A stretch of DNA of 63,918 nucleotides, counting the filler, from Acidimicrobiia bacterium (GTDB lineage: Bacteria > Actinomycetota > Acidimicrobiia > Spongiisociales > CAZKJJ01), in assembly GCA_046759765.1 (NCBI GenBank). It is 7 parts of 7 records of this genome, joined end to end, with 100 filler letters (N's around TTAATTAATTAA, not from the genome) between each part and the next. Parts side by side here need not be neighbours in the genome. Positions count along the whole stretch, not along the records: positions 28,163 to 37,357 come from JBHICV010000099.1; 6 more parts are not named here. One strand, 5' to 3'. Below, piece after piece: positions 28,516 through 37,457 of the stretch (within the stretch, counting starts at the first letter, position 1; each line of letters begins with the position of its first letter). The notes beneath the pieces were generated by a model, which did no database searches, was not told the DNA's origin, and saw nothing but the letters and a program-made list of their open reading frames with translations. A program made the position numbers and the translations under genes.

Positions 28516-28597
28516 TTGAATTCCTCCTTGCTCACCTGTCACATCAGGTGCGAACGCTCGAAGCCTAACCACGAGCCTGTCGCACATGCATGCCCGA

Positions 28598-29827
28598 TCA
28601 ATACGAGAACGGCCATGCCTTGAAGTAGTTGCGGATCCTGATCCAGATCCCAAACAAACCCAGGGGCTCGAAGATCAGGAAGAGGATGATGAAGAGCCCG
28701 TATAGCGCAATGTTGAGCTGGAAGAGGCTTAGCCCCGACCCTCCCGGCTGTAGCGAGATCAGACCGAAGTCGTCGCCCTGGGTGATGAGGAGATCGGCGA
28801 TCGGTTTGAGCGGTCCTCCCTCGTTCACCTGACCGACCAAGAACTCGGTGAGCTCTTCGACGACCTTCGGCAGCCCGATCAAGAAGGCGCTCCCGAGGAT
28901 CGCTCCGGTGGTCAAGCTGGCACCTCCGATGAGGATGATGGCGATCATCTGGACTGACAAGAAGAGGTTCCAGAACTCCGGGATGATGATCCTGAAGAAA
29001 GAGGCCAGCAGTGCCCCGGCGACTCCGGCAAAGAAGGAAGACATGGCGAACGCTACGGCCTTGTGCCTTGCCTCCGAAACGCCCATGATCTCGGCGGCGA
29101 TGTCTCGGTCTCGAATGGCCATGAAGGCTCGGCCTAGCCGCGTTCGGGAAAGATTCTTGGCCACGAGAGCGAAGAGGATGAGGAGCAGCAGGATCGGATA
29201 GAAGGCCTTGGCCCGAGCGCTGAGCTCGATTCCGAGCCAGGTGCCCTCGGTCGAAAAGTCGATGAGCGCCTCCTCCTCCTTCCAGACTCGAACTGCCAGG
29301 TCGGGCCAGTCCCGCCCCAGCCCCGGTCCTCCCGTAATGAATCCCAAGGTCCGGAAGAAGTGCTCGCCGATGAAGACGAGGCCCAGCGTCACGAAAGCGA
29401 GGTAGAGGCCACGGACCCGAAGAGCGGCTGGAGCAATGATCGCCCCGATAAGAGCCGGAACTAGCCCGGCGGCGGGGAGCCAGATCCAGATCGGCAATCC
29501 CAGGCCCCACAGGCTGTCGGTTCCCTGGCCTCCCAGAATGACGGCGGTGTAGGCCCCGACTCCCATGAAGAAGGCGTGACCGAGCGAAACCTGTCCGGCG
29601 AGACCCGTCAGCAGGGTGAGACCTAGCGCCCCGATACAGAAGATCATGGCTCTGACCAGCACGTTCAACCATTCGTCCTCGCCCAGAAACGACAACCCCG
29701 GAATCACCTGGAGGGGGATCAGCAACATGAGGACCAGGAGTGCGGCGAGTGCGAGCTTCTGCGTCCCCGTGGGGAAGATGGCCTGATCGGCTTCGTAGCT
29801 CGTGTAGAGGAGCGGCCGACCTCTCAT
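28598..29827 (-). CDS. Branched-chain amino acid-type ABC permease (LivM-like)
   Basis: GLAGQVSLGHAFFMGVGAY, LRVRGLYLAFVTL, GRAFMAIRDRDIAA. Confidence 0.92.
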   Translation of the reverse strand: MRGRPLLYTSYEADQAIFPTGTQKLALAALLVLMLLIPLQVIPGLSFLGEDEWLNVLVRAMIFCIGALGLTLLTGLAGQVSLGHAFFMGVGAYTAVILGGQGTDSLWGLGLPIWIWLPAAGLVPALIGAIIAPAALRVRGLYLAFVTLGLVFIGEHFFRTLGFITGGPGLGRDWPDLAVRVWKEEEALIDFSTEGTWLGIELSARAKAFYPILLLLILFALVAKNLSRTRLGRAFMAIRDRDIAAEIMGVSEARHKAVAFAMSSFFAGVAGALLASFFRIIIPEFWNLFLSVQMIAIILIGGASLTTGAILGSAFLIGLPKVVEELTEFLVGQVNEGGPLKPIADLLITQGDDFGLISLQPGGSGLSLFQLNIALYGLFIILFLIFEPLGLFGIWIRIRNYFKAWPFSY

Positions 29828-30819
29828 ACGCGTCTGATCTCCTCCGTGCCGAAGATCCCGTAAGGCCGAATGAACAGCACGACCAACATGAGGAGATAAG
29901 GCACGATCGTCGAGAAGCCCACCCCCAGGACATCGGAGAAGGGCAGCAGGTACACCGCGGCAAAGACCTCGATCGTTCCGACTCCAAACCCGGCCACGAC
30001 CGCACCGACAATGGAGTCGAGACCTCCGATGACGATCACCGGGAAGGCTCTCAAGGCGACGAAGGCCGTCGCCACCGTTGCCCCCGAGCCGCGGGGGGGA
30101 ACGGAGACGAAAACTCCTGCCACCGCCGCCAGGGCCGCACCGATCATCCAGGCGATGCCGAAGACCTTCCCCACGGAGATGCCCTGGGCCATGGCGGTCT
30201 CCTGATCGAATGCGGTCGCCCGCATGGCGATGCCAGTACGGGACCGGAAGAACAGCGCCACACCTACCAGCAGCAAGACGGCGGTGAGCACCGTCGCAAC
30301 CTGAGTATGGGGGATCGGAACGTTCCCCCAGCGGAAAACGTCCGCGACCAGGTCGTCGCCGAAGGGCGCTTTCAGAGGGCGGATCCCGGTGCCGATCAGA
30401 TCGTTGGTAACGGTCCGAAGGATCGCGTCGATGCCCAGGGTGATGATGGCCACCGAGAACAGCGGCTGACCGATCATGGGGCGGATGAACACCAGCTCGA
30501 GCAGTAGACCCACGAAGGCCGCCGCCACAATCCCCAGGATGGCCGAGGCAGCCCACTGAACCCCAATTGGGAGAAAGGTCAGATATTGGCCTGGAAAGTT
30601 GAGCACGACGGCGAAGTACACGACTAGATATGCCCCAAGCGCGGCCAGCGCGCCGTGAGCGAAGTTGACGACCTGGGTGGCCTTGAAGATGATTACGAAT
30701 CCGAGTGCCAGCAGCGCGTAGATCGCCCCGAGACCGAGACCTGATATGAGCGTGGCGAGGATCTTCTCGAGGCCGGTTGGGGGTCCGGCTTGAGCCAGGA
30801 CCAGGGACAGCTGGTCCAT
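29824..30819 (-). CDS. Branched-chain amino acid-type ABC permease (LivH-like)
   Basis: GAIYALLALGFVIIFKATQVVNFAHG, GIAMRATA, IGGLDS. Confidence 0.92.
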   Translation of the reverse strand: MDQLSLVLAQAGPPTGLEKILATLISGLGLGAIYALLALGFVIIFKATQVVNFAHGALAALGAYLVVYFAVVLNFPGQYLTFLPIGVQWAASAILGIVAAAFVGLLLELVFIRPMIGQPLFSVAIITLGIDAILRTVTNDLIGTGIRPLKAPFGDDLVADVFRWGNVPIPHTQVATVLTAVLLLVGVALFFRSRTGIAMRATAFDQETAMAQGISVGKVFGIAWMIGAALAAVAGVFVSVPPRGSGATVATAFVALRAFPVIVIGGLDSIVGAVVAGFGVGTIEVFAAVYLLPFSDVLGVGFSTIVPYLLMLVVLFIRPYGIFGTEEIRRV

Positions 30820-32685
30820 CTAGTACATCGACTCCACAAGGTCCGAGAACGTGTCTTCCATCGAGCTCCGCTTCAGCTTCTGCGTGGCTGTCAGCTCGCC
30901 GTCCTCATGGTCCAGCTCCTTGGGAATCATGCGGAATTTCTTTATCCCCTCTACCCGCGCGAATCTCTCATTGGTCCGGTCGATCTCGCCCTGGATCAAC
31001 TCGAGGACCTCGGGCTTCTCGGTGAGATCCCGGTAGGTGGTGTAGGGAATCCCCTTGCGTAGGGCCCAGTTGCCCACCGTGTCGTATTCGATCCCGATCA
31101 GCGCGGTCACGTATTTGCGCCGATCGCCGACCACCATGGCTTCCTTGATGTAGGGCGAGGTCTTGAGACTGTTCTCGATCTCGGAAGGGGCGATGTTCTT
31201 GCCACCCGAGGTGATGATGATGTCCTTCATTCGGTCGACGATCTTCACATGGGTGCCATCGACCCAAACGCCCACATCCCCAGTGCGCAGAAAGCCATCA
31301 TCGGTGAAGCTCTCCGCCGTCCTTTTGGGCTTGTTCCAGTAGCCCTTGAACAGCCCGGGATGTCGCAACTGGATTTCGCCCGTTTCCCCATCGATCCGAA
31401 GCTCGGTTCCCCTATACGGCTCCCCAATGGTCCCCAGCTTCATTCTTCCGGGGAAGTTGGCGGTGCCGACAGCGGTACTTTCGGTCAGGCCGTACAGCTC
31501 GTAAACCGGCACGCCGAGTCCAATGAAGAACTCCAGCACCTCGGGAGCGATGGGAGCGGCGGCGGACCCGGCCCAGCGACATCTGCGCAGACCGATTCGT
31601 TCCTGAAGAGGTCGAAACACCGGGTAGTACAACAGGGTGTAGAGCAACCGGCTCGTGAGAGTATGGTTACCGTCGTTGGTGATCTTGTCCCGTCCGATGC
31701 GCCGGGCGGCCTTCCCTCCCAGACCGAACCAGAACTTCTTGAAAAAGCTGGCGTCCTGCGCCTTGATTTGGACCGTGGCGGCCATCTTCTCCCAGATTCG
31801 GGGCACGGCGAAGAAGATGGTCGGTTGAACCTCGCGGAGGTTCTCCTGCACTGTCTCAATCGACTCGGCGAAGTTCAATACGACACCCTTCCCGACCATG
31901 TGAAAGGTCGAGAACGTCCGCTCGGCAATGTGACACAACGGCAGATAGGTCAAAACCATGTCGTCGGGGTTCGGTGGATCTATGCCCTGCTGTTTCCCGT
32001 CCACAACCTGGTCGATATCGAACGAGGCGTTCTCGTGGGTCAGCATTGCCCCTTTGGGAGGTCCGGTCGTGCCGGAGGTGTAGGCAAGAGCCATCAGCTC
32101 ATCGGGCTGCGCCTCGGCCATCAACCGCTCAACCGCTCCGGGATGCTGCTGGCGGTGTTCCCGGCCCAGGTCGAGAAAGTGATCCCAGAACATGAGGCGG
32201 GGATCGCTATAGGTACGGACACCCCGCGGTTCCACGTACAGGATCCTCTCCACCGTCGGGAACGCCTCGGGCCTCAACGCGAGGACCTTGTCAACCTGCT
32301 CTTGATCCTCCGCAAAGTGGACCTTGGCACCGGAGTCGTTGAGGAGGTACTCGACTTCCGCGGTCGGATTCGTGGGATACGCCCCAACCGTGATACCTCT
32401 GATTGCCACCGTGGCCAGATCCAAGATGATCCACTCCGGTCGATCCTCTGAATGGATCGAGACCCGGTCCCCGACGTCGACTCCCAGCGCCAGCAAACCA
32501 TGAGCCGCGTCGAGAACGAGCTCCCAAGTCCGCTCCCAGGTGTACTCCTGCCAGATACCGAGGTCCTTCTCCCGCATGGCAATGGCGTGTGGCGTCCGCT
32601 GGGCCCAGTCGCGGGCCCGCCAAGCAACTGTGCGGGTGGCATCGGTGAGATCGGGAACTCGAGCGGTCTCCGCAACGGTGGTCAT
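30820..32685 (-). CDS. Long-chain acyl-CoA synthetase
   Basis: YTSGTTGPPKG, YLPLCHIAER, YGLTE, TGDVG, DRMKDIIITSGGKNIAP. Confidence 0.93.
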   Translation of the reverse strand: MTTVAETARVPDLTDATRTVAWRARDWAQRTPHAIAMREKDLGIWQEYTWERTWELVLDAAHGLLALGVDVGDRVSIHSEDRPEWIILDLATVAIRGITVGAYPTNPTAEVEYLLNDSGAKVHFAEDQEQVDKVLALRPEAFPTVERILYVEPRGVRTYSDPRLMFWDHFLDLGREHRQQHPGAVERLMAEAQPDELMALAYTSGTTGPPKGAMLTHENASFDIDQVVDGKQQGIDPPNPDDMVLTYLPLCHIAERTFSTFHMVGKGVVLNFAESIETVQENLREVQPTIFFAVPRIWEKMAATVQIKAQDASFFKKFWFGLGGKAARRIGRDKITNDGNHTLTSRLLYTLLYYPVFRPLQERIGLRRCRWAGSAAAPIAPEVLEFFIGLGVPVYELYGLTESTAVGTANFPGRMKLGTIGEPYRGTELRIDGETGEIQLRHPGLFKGYWNKPKRTAESFTDDGFLRTGDVGVWVDGTHVKIVDRMKDIIITSGGKNIAPSEIENSLKTSPYIKEAMVVGDRRKYVTALIGIEYDTVGNWALRKGIPYTTYRDLTEKPEVLELIQGEIDRTNERFARVEGIKKFRMIPKELDHEDGELTATQKLKRSSMEDTFSDLVESMY

Positions 32686-32765
32686 CGTCTACCTCCTAGG
32701 TAGCTGCAAGGACCAGAGCCGTACCCTATAGCGTCGTCTAGGTCCACGCCGGGGATCAGGGGTTC

Positions 32766-33200
32766 TCACGCCCCCGGAGCCCACTCGGCACCTTCGGGCC
32801 AGTGTTCCTTCTTCCAGATCGGCGCCCGGACCTTGAGCTCGTCGATGACGAACCTCGCTGCCTCGAACGCCTCCGCCCGATGTACGGAGGACACGGTCAC
32901 CGATACCGAGGGCTCGGAGAGCTGCACGTCGCCCACGCGGTGCTCGACCGATAAGGCGATCAACTCCCACTTGTCGGTGGCCTCGTCGACGATTTCGGTA
33001 ATGCTTCCTTCTACCTCTTCCTGGTAGGCCTCATAGGTCAGATGGGAGACATCCGTCTTTCCCGGCGAGTGGTCTCTAACGGTTCCGAGGAACTGAACGA
33101 TGGCTCCCGCAGTGGGATCGGCGACCCAGTCTCGATGGGCGTCGGGATCGATGCGCTCCGAGCTGACCCGGACTTGTGTCCGTACAGCTTGGGTACCCAT
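32766..33200 (-). CDS. moaE: Molybdopterin synthase catalytic subunit
   Basis: GAIVQFLGTVR, HRVG, HRAEAFEA, LKVRAPIWKKE. Confidence 0.93.
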   Translation of the reverse strand: MGTQAVRTQVRVSSERIDPDAHRDWVADPTAGAIVQFLGTVRDHSPGKTDVSHLTYEAYQEEVEGSITEIVDEATDKWELIALSVEHRVGDVQLSEPSVSVTVSSVHRAEAFEAARFVIDELKVRAPIWKKEHWPEGAEWAPGA

Positions 33201-33213
33201 ACAATGACAGTCT

Positions 33214-34419
33214 ATGGACCCCTACCGGCCACCGCGCACCCCGGCGAATCCGCCCTCAGCTGAGGACATTCCTTCCGCTGACGAGCCCGCTGTCGTTGTG
33301 GCGCCGGTCTCTCGACCCGCGCGATTGCCGCGGCTGGCGGGACCTCTGCTCGGAGGTGTCGCCGGCGCGGCATTGACCCTCGCCGTTCTAGCCGCCGGGG
33401 GGGTCTTTGAGGATCCCGTGATTCCGGAGCCCCCTCCGCCGGGCACAACGGTGATCAGAGAAGTGGTGGAACGTCCGGTGATTGCTTCCATAGCCGACAA
33501 CCACGTCTCGGCCATCGCCGACAAAGTTCTCCCCTCCATAGTGAGCGTGAATGTCGGGAGAGAGGGGTCGGGAGGTTTCGCTTCCGCGGGTTCGGGCTCC
33601 GGAGTCGTATACCGCGAGGACGGCTACATCATCACCAACAACCACGTCGTAGAGGTCGGACCGGACGTCCAGGTCACTTTCCCCGACGGCCGGATCTACC
33701 CGGCCACCGTCGAGGGAAGGGATCCGCTCACCGACTTGGCCGTGCTCAAGGTGGGCACGGTTTCTGTGGTTCCCATCACCGTCGCAGAGCTCTCTTCCCT
33801 GTCGATCGGAGATCTGGCGGTGGCAGTGGGCAACCCGCTCGGACTTCGAGGTCGGCCGTCAGTGACGTCGGGCATCATCTCTGCCTTTGAGCGCGCTATG
33901 CAGGTCGACAGCGGGCTTCAGCTCTTCGGTCTCATCCAGACAGATGCTGCGATCACCCGTGGCTCCAGTGGCGGTGCTCTCTTGAACGAACAGGGAGAGC
34001 TGATTGGCATCACCACCGCGATCGGCACCAGCGGGATCGCCGCCGAAGGACTGGGGTTCGCCATTCCCGTGGATGTGGTTCAGCAGGTGGCCGACGACCT
34101 TATTGCCACTGGTTCGGTGCGCCACGCCTTCCTCGGTATCAAGGGACAACCCGCCTTTGAAGAGACGCCAGACGGGGCGTCGATTCCTCAGGGGGCGGAA
34201 ATACAGAATCTCGAAACCGGATCAGCGATCGGCGAGGCCGGAGCTCAAGTGGGTGACATCATCACCTCGTTCGACGGGCAGCCGATCGAGACAATGGACC
34301 AGCTGGTGGCGGTGCTACGCAACTACCGGGCGGACCAGATCGTTGACGTCACCATCCTTAGAGGGTCGCAGGTAATCGATCTGAGCGTAACGCTGGACCT
34401 GCGACCCAACGGTCTGTGA
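33214..34419 (+). CDS. HtrA/DegP-like serine protease with PDZ domain
   Basis: GSGSGVV, TNNHVV, DLAVLKV, IQTDAAITRGSSGGAL, PDZ C-terminus. Confidence 0.93.
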   Translation: MDPYRPPRTPANPPSAEDIPSADEPAVVVAPVSRPARLPRLAGPLLGGVAGAALTLAVLAAGGVFEDPVIPEPPPPGTTVIREVVERPVIASIADNHVSAIADKVLPSIVSVNVGREGSGGFASAGSGSGVVYREDGYIITNNHVVEVGPDVQVTFPDGRIYPATVEGRDPLTDLAVLKVGTVSVVPITVAELSSLSIGDLAVAVGNPLGLRGRPSVTSGIISAFERAMQVDSGLQLFGLIQTDAAITRGSSGGALLNEQGELIGITTAIGTSGIAAEGLGFAIPVDVVQQVADDLIATGSVRHAFLGIKGQPAFEETPDGASIPQGAEIQNLETGSAIGEAGAQVGDIITSFDGQPIETMDQLVAVLRNYRADQIVDVTILRGSQVIDLSVTLDLRPNGL

Positions 34420-35516
34420 TGTCGGACGAAGACCTATTTGCACGGCTGTTCGAGCTGTTCAACCAGCCGGGACCGGTCAACTGGTCCCTAGCAGCCGAAG
34501 CGGCCAAGAGCATCGCCGGCGAGGCGGATCCCGTTGATCCCTGGCTGGCCGAGGAATACCAAGAGCTCACCCGGGTCGCCCAGATGACTATCTCGGACGC
34601 CGCACCACTCCCGGTTCTCTCGCGGGACGCGGTTCCGGTCGACCGCAGGGGGTGGGCCCTCGAGAACATCCGTGGTTTCCGGTACCTCGTCGAACCGCTG
34701 GCGTCGAAGATGGAGATGGGCGACGTAGGCGAGGGCGCGGATGCTTTGGAGGCGATACTCAGACCGATGGCGCCGGCGCTGCTTGGACTCCAGGTGGGCG
34801 TCCTGGTCGGATTCCTGAGCCATCGTGTCCTGGGCCAGTTCGACATCGGTCTGCCTTCCGCGGAGGCCAGCCGGCTCTTTCTCATCGTTCCCAACATCGA
34901 AGGGTTCGCCATTTCCAACGACCTCGAGCCACGCCAGGTCAGGTTGTGGGTTGCTCTTCATGAGGTCACACACGACGCAGAGTTCGGCCGCGACTGGGTC
35001 CGCCCGCGGTTTATCGAGCTAATCGAGCAATACCTGGACGGAATCGAGCTGGACGTTGAGGGCTTGACGCGCCTCCAGACACTGCAAGACCCCGCCGCCC
35101 TCGAGGAGCTCCTCGATGAGCCGGGCGGTCTGCCGGGATGGATCGTGTCCGACGAGCAGAAGCCGATTCTGGAGAAGATCCAGGCCTTCATGGCGGTCAT
35201 GGAGGGATATAGCGACTGGCTCATGGATCGTGCCGCTCCGGATCTGCTGCCAGATCTCGCCCGGATGAGAGCGGCGATCGAGCGTCGGCGAGCTGAGCCG
35301 GCAGAGGGCGAGCAGATCCTCAACCGGCTGCTGGGGCTCGACCTCAAGATGCAGCAATACGAACTGGGCTCGAAGTTCTGCACCCAAGTGGAGAGTCGCT
35401 GGGGACGAGACGCTCTCGATCGCCTCTGGGAGCATCCCGACCACCTCCCGAGTCTGACCGAGCTGGAGGACCCGCTGGCCTGGGCGGCGAGAGTGCTGCT
35501 CGAGGACATGATCTGA
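34416..35516 (+). CDS. Zinc-dependent metalloprotease-like protein (DUF2342/zincin)
   Basis: VLGQFD, LWVALHEVTH, MAVMEGY, KMQQYELG. Confidence 0.85.
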   Translation: MMSDEDLFARLFELFNQPGPVNWSLAAEAAKSIAGEADPVDPWLAEEYQELTRVAQMTISDAAPLPVLSRDAVPVDRRGWALENIRGFRYLVEPLASKMEMGDVGEGADALEAILRPMAPALLGLQVGVLVGFLSHRVLGQFDIGLPSAEASRLFLIVPNIEGFAISNDLEPRQVRLWVALHEVTHDAEFGRDWVRPRFIELIEQYLDGIELDVEGLTRLQTLQDPAALEELLDEPGGLPGWIVSDEQKPILEKIQAFMAVMEGYSDWLMDRAAPDLLPDLARMRAAIERRRAEPAEGEQILNRLLGLDLKMQQYELGSKFCTQVESRWGRDALDRLWEHPDHLPSLTELEDPLAWAARVLLEDMI

Positions 35517-35540
35517 GCGTTGGGGCGTAGGGTTTCGGAC

Positions 35541-36158
35541 ATGTCGTTGGTCGTTACGTGCACGATGTGCGGGCTCGTCAACGACGGCAAGGCCAAGACG
35601 TGCGTTCAGTGCGGCTCCAAGCTTTCCAACCTCCGCTTCTACCGACCCCACCTCGAGCCGGGCATGAGGGAGGAGATCTCGAGAATCAAACCCAGCCTCA
35701 GGGTGATGCGGCGCCCGCCCGGCCGAGAAGTGAGGACGCCGGAAGGAGAGCTCCTTTACATACGACGAGCGTGGGGTAAGGAGCTGGATGATCGGCCGGA
35801 GCCGGATATCGGCGACGCCGAGGACGCGGCCATCGACATTGCTATGGACTTGGGGTTCTGGGAACGGTCGGCCGGCATTGTTGGACTGCTCCTCTACCCG
35901 GTGCTACTGGTTCTGGGACTGCTGGCCAGTGGATTGCGTCTGCTGGACAACGCGGGACGGATGTTGTTCGACGTAGTTGGGCACGTCGTGTTTCGGAGGC
36001 CTTGGATCATTCAGATATGCGGAGGCAACCCGCCTCAGGTCCAACGAACCTTCCGAGCCCGTGGTTACGGTCGTTCGGCGAGGGTGATCGAGGAGCTGAC
36101 ACTCGCCTACCAGGTCGGAGACATCGAGTTCGTTCCGGAGCAAGTCCTGCTGCCGTGA
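35541..36158 (+). CDS. Hypothetical zinc-ribbon membrane protein
   Basis: CTMC..CVQC, one TM segment; stop overlaps archease start. Confidence 0.6.
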   Translation: MSLVVTCTMCGLVNDGKAKTCVQCGSKLSNLRFYRPHLEPGMREEISRIKPSLRVMRRPPGREVRTPEGELLYIRRAWGKELDDRPEPDIGDAEDAAIDIAMDLGFWERSAGIVGLLLYPVLLVLGLLASGLRLLDNAGRMLFDVVGHVVFRRPWIIQICGGNPPQVQRTFRARGYGRSARVIEELTLAYQVGDIEFVPEQVLLP

Positions 36159-36562
36159 GCTACCGGGTGATCGCCCATACCGCAGATACCGGAATCGAAG
36201 CGAGTGGCACGACGATCGAGGAACTGTTCGTCAATGCTGCCCGGGGGATGTTCTCACTGATGTACGAGCCGGCCGACATCACGATGGAACCGCTACCAGT
36301 GCGGGCCACAGGGGCGACGGTCGAAGATCTGCTCGTGGACTGGCTTTCCGAGCTGCTGTTTGTAAGCGAGTCCAAGGAGGTCGCTTTCAGCCGCTTCGCC
36401 GTCCTCGACCTGTCCCACGGCACCTTGTCGGGCGAAGCCTCCGGGGTGCCTTACGGCTCGGCGCGGTTGAGCGGACCTCCGATCAAGGCGGTCACCTATC
36501 ACCAGTTGGAGCTGGCGGAGACCGATGAGGGCTGGCACGCCCGCGTGATCTTCGACGTTTAG
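36155..36562 (+). CDS. Archease
   Basis: YRVIAHTAD, LLVDWLSELLF, IKAVTYH, VIFDV. Confidence 0.93.
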   Translation: MSYRVIAHTADTGIEASGTTIEELFVNAARGMFSLMYEPADITMEPLPVRATGATVEDLLVDWLSELLFVSESKEVAFSRFAVLDLSHGTLSGEASGVPYGSARLSGPPIKAVTYHQLELAETDEGWHARVIFDV

Positions 36563-36607
36563 GTCCCCCAGCCCTGTTGGAGAGGAGCCCAGACGCCTAC
36601 AGTCGGC

Positions 36608-37357
36608 ATGATGGACTTGAAGAAGCTCAGGGAAGCGGTGTGGGAAATCCCCCGCCGCGGCGGCATGGTTGTGCCCGGTCGGGTCTATGGCGCGGGCGAG
36701 CTGTTGGAGAGCGCCAGGGAAGACCAGGCAATGAAACAGGTGGTCAACGTAGCGCACCTGCCCGGAATCGTGACCGCCTCGATGGCGATGCCCGACATCC
36801 ACTGGGGATATGGCTTTCCCATCGGTGGAGTAGCCGCTACCGAGGTCGGCGAGGGCGGCGTGGTGTCGCCGGGCGGGGTTGGCTTCGACATCTGCTGCGG
36901 GGTCCGACTGCTGGGGTCGGGTTTCTCGCAGGGGGAGTTCGAAGCTCATCGAGAAGCGGTAATGGGTGAGCTCGATCAAAGAATCCCGCGCGGGCTCGGA
37001 AAGGGAGCTATCGCCCGGCGCGGGCTGCTCAACGAGGTTCTGGAGCGGGGCGCCGCAGCCGCGGTCGACGCCGGCTATGGATCCGAGCCCGATCTAGAGC
37101 GATGCGAGGAGTCGGGAACTTCGGCGGGCTCAAACCCGGGAGCGATCTCGTCACGGGCGATAGAGCGCGGCGGAGGCCAGCTCGGGTCGCTCGGAGCGGG
37201 AAACCACTTCCTCGAGGTTCAGGTGGTGGATTCGATCTGGGACGCTGAAGCCGCCGAGGTTTACGGACTTACCGAGGGGATGATCTGCGTGATGATCCAC
37301 TGCGGCAGCAGGGGGCTGGGACATCAGACGTGCACCGATCAGCTCAAGCTGATGGGC
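36608..37357 (+). CDS. rtcB: RtcB family RNA ligase (3'-truncated)
   Basis: [47 protein letters not shown]. Confidence 0.95.
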
Positions 37358-37457
37358 NNNNNNNNNNNNNNNNNNNNNNNNNNNNNNNNNNNNNNNNNNN
37401 NTTAATTAATTAANNNNNNNNNNNNNNNNNNNNNNNNNNNNNNNNNNNNNNNNNNNN
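37358..37457. other. Artificial contig linker
   Basis: N/TTAATTAATTAA/N. Confidence 0.99.

Noticed and set aside
28598..30556. 652-aa ORF as one protein
   Set aside because: The N-terminal part overlaps the LivH-like gene in another frame; the real start is 29827.
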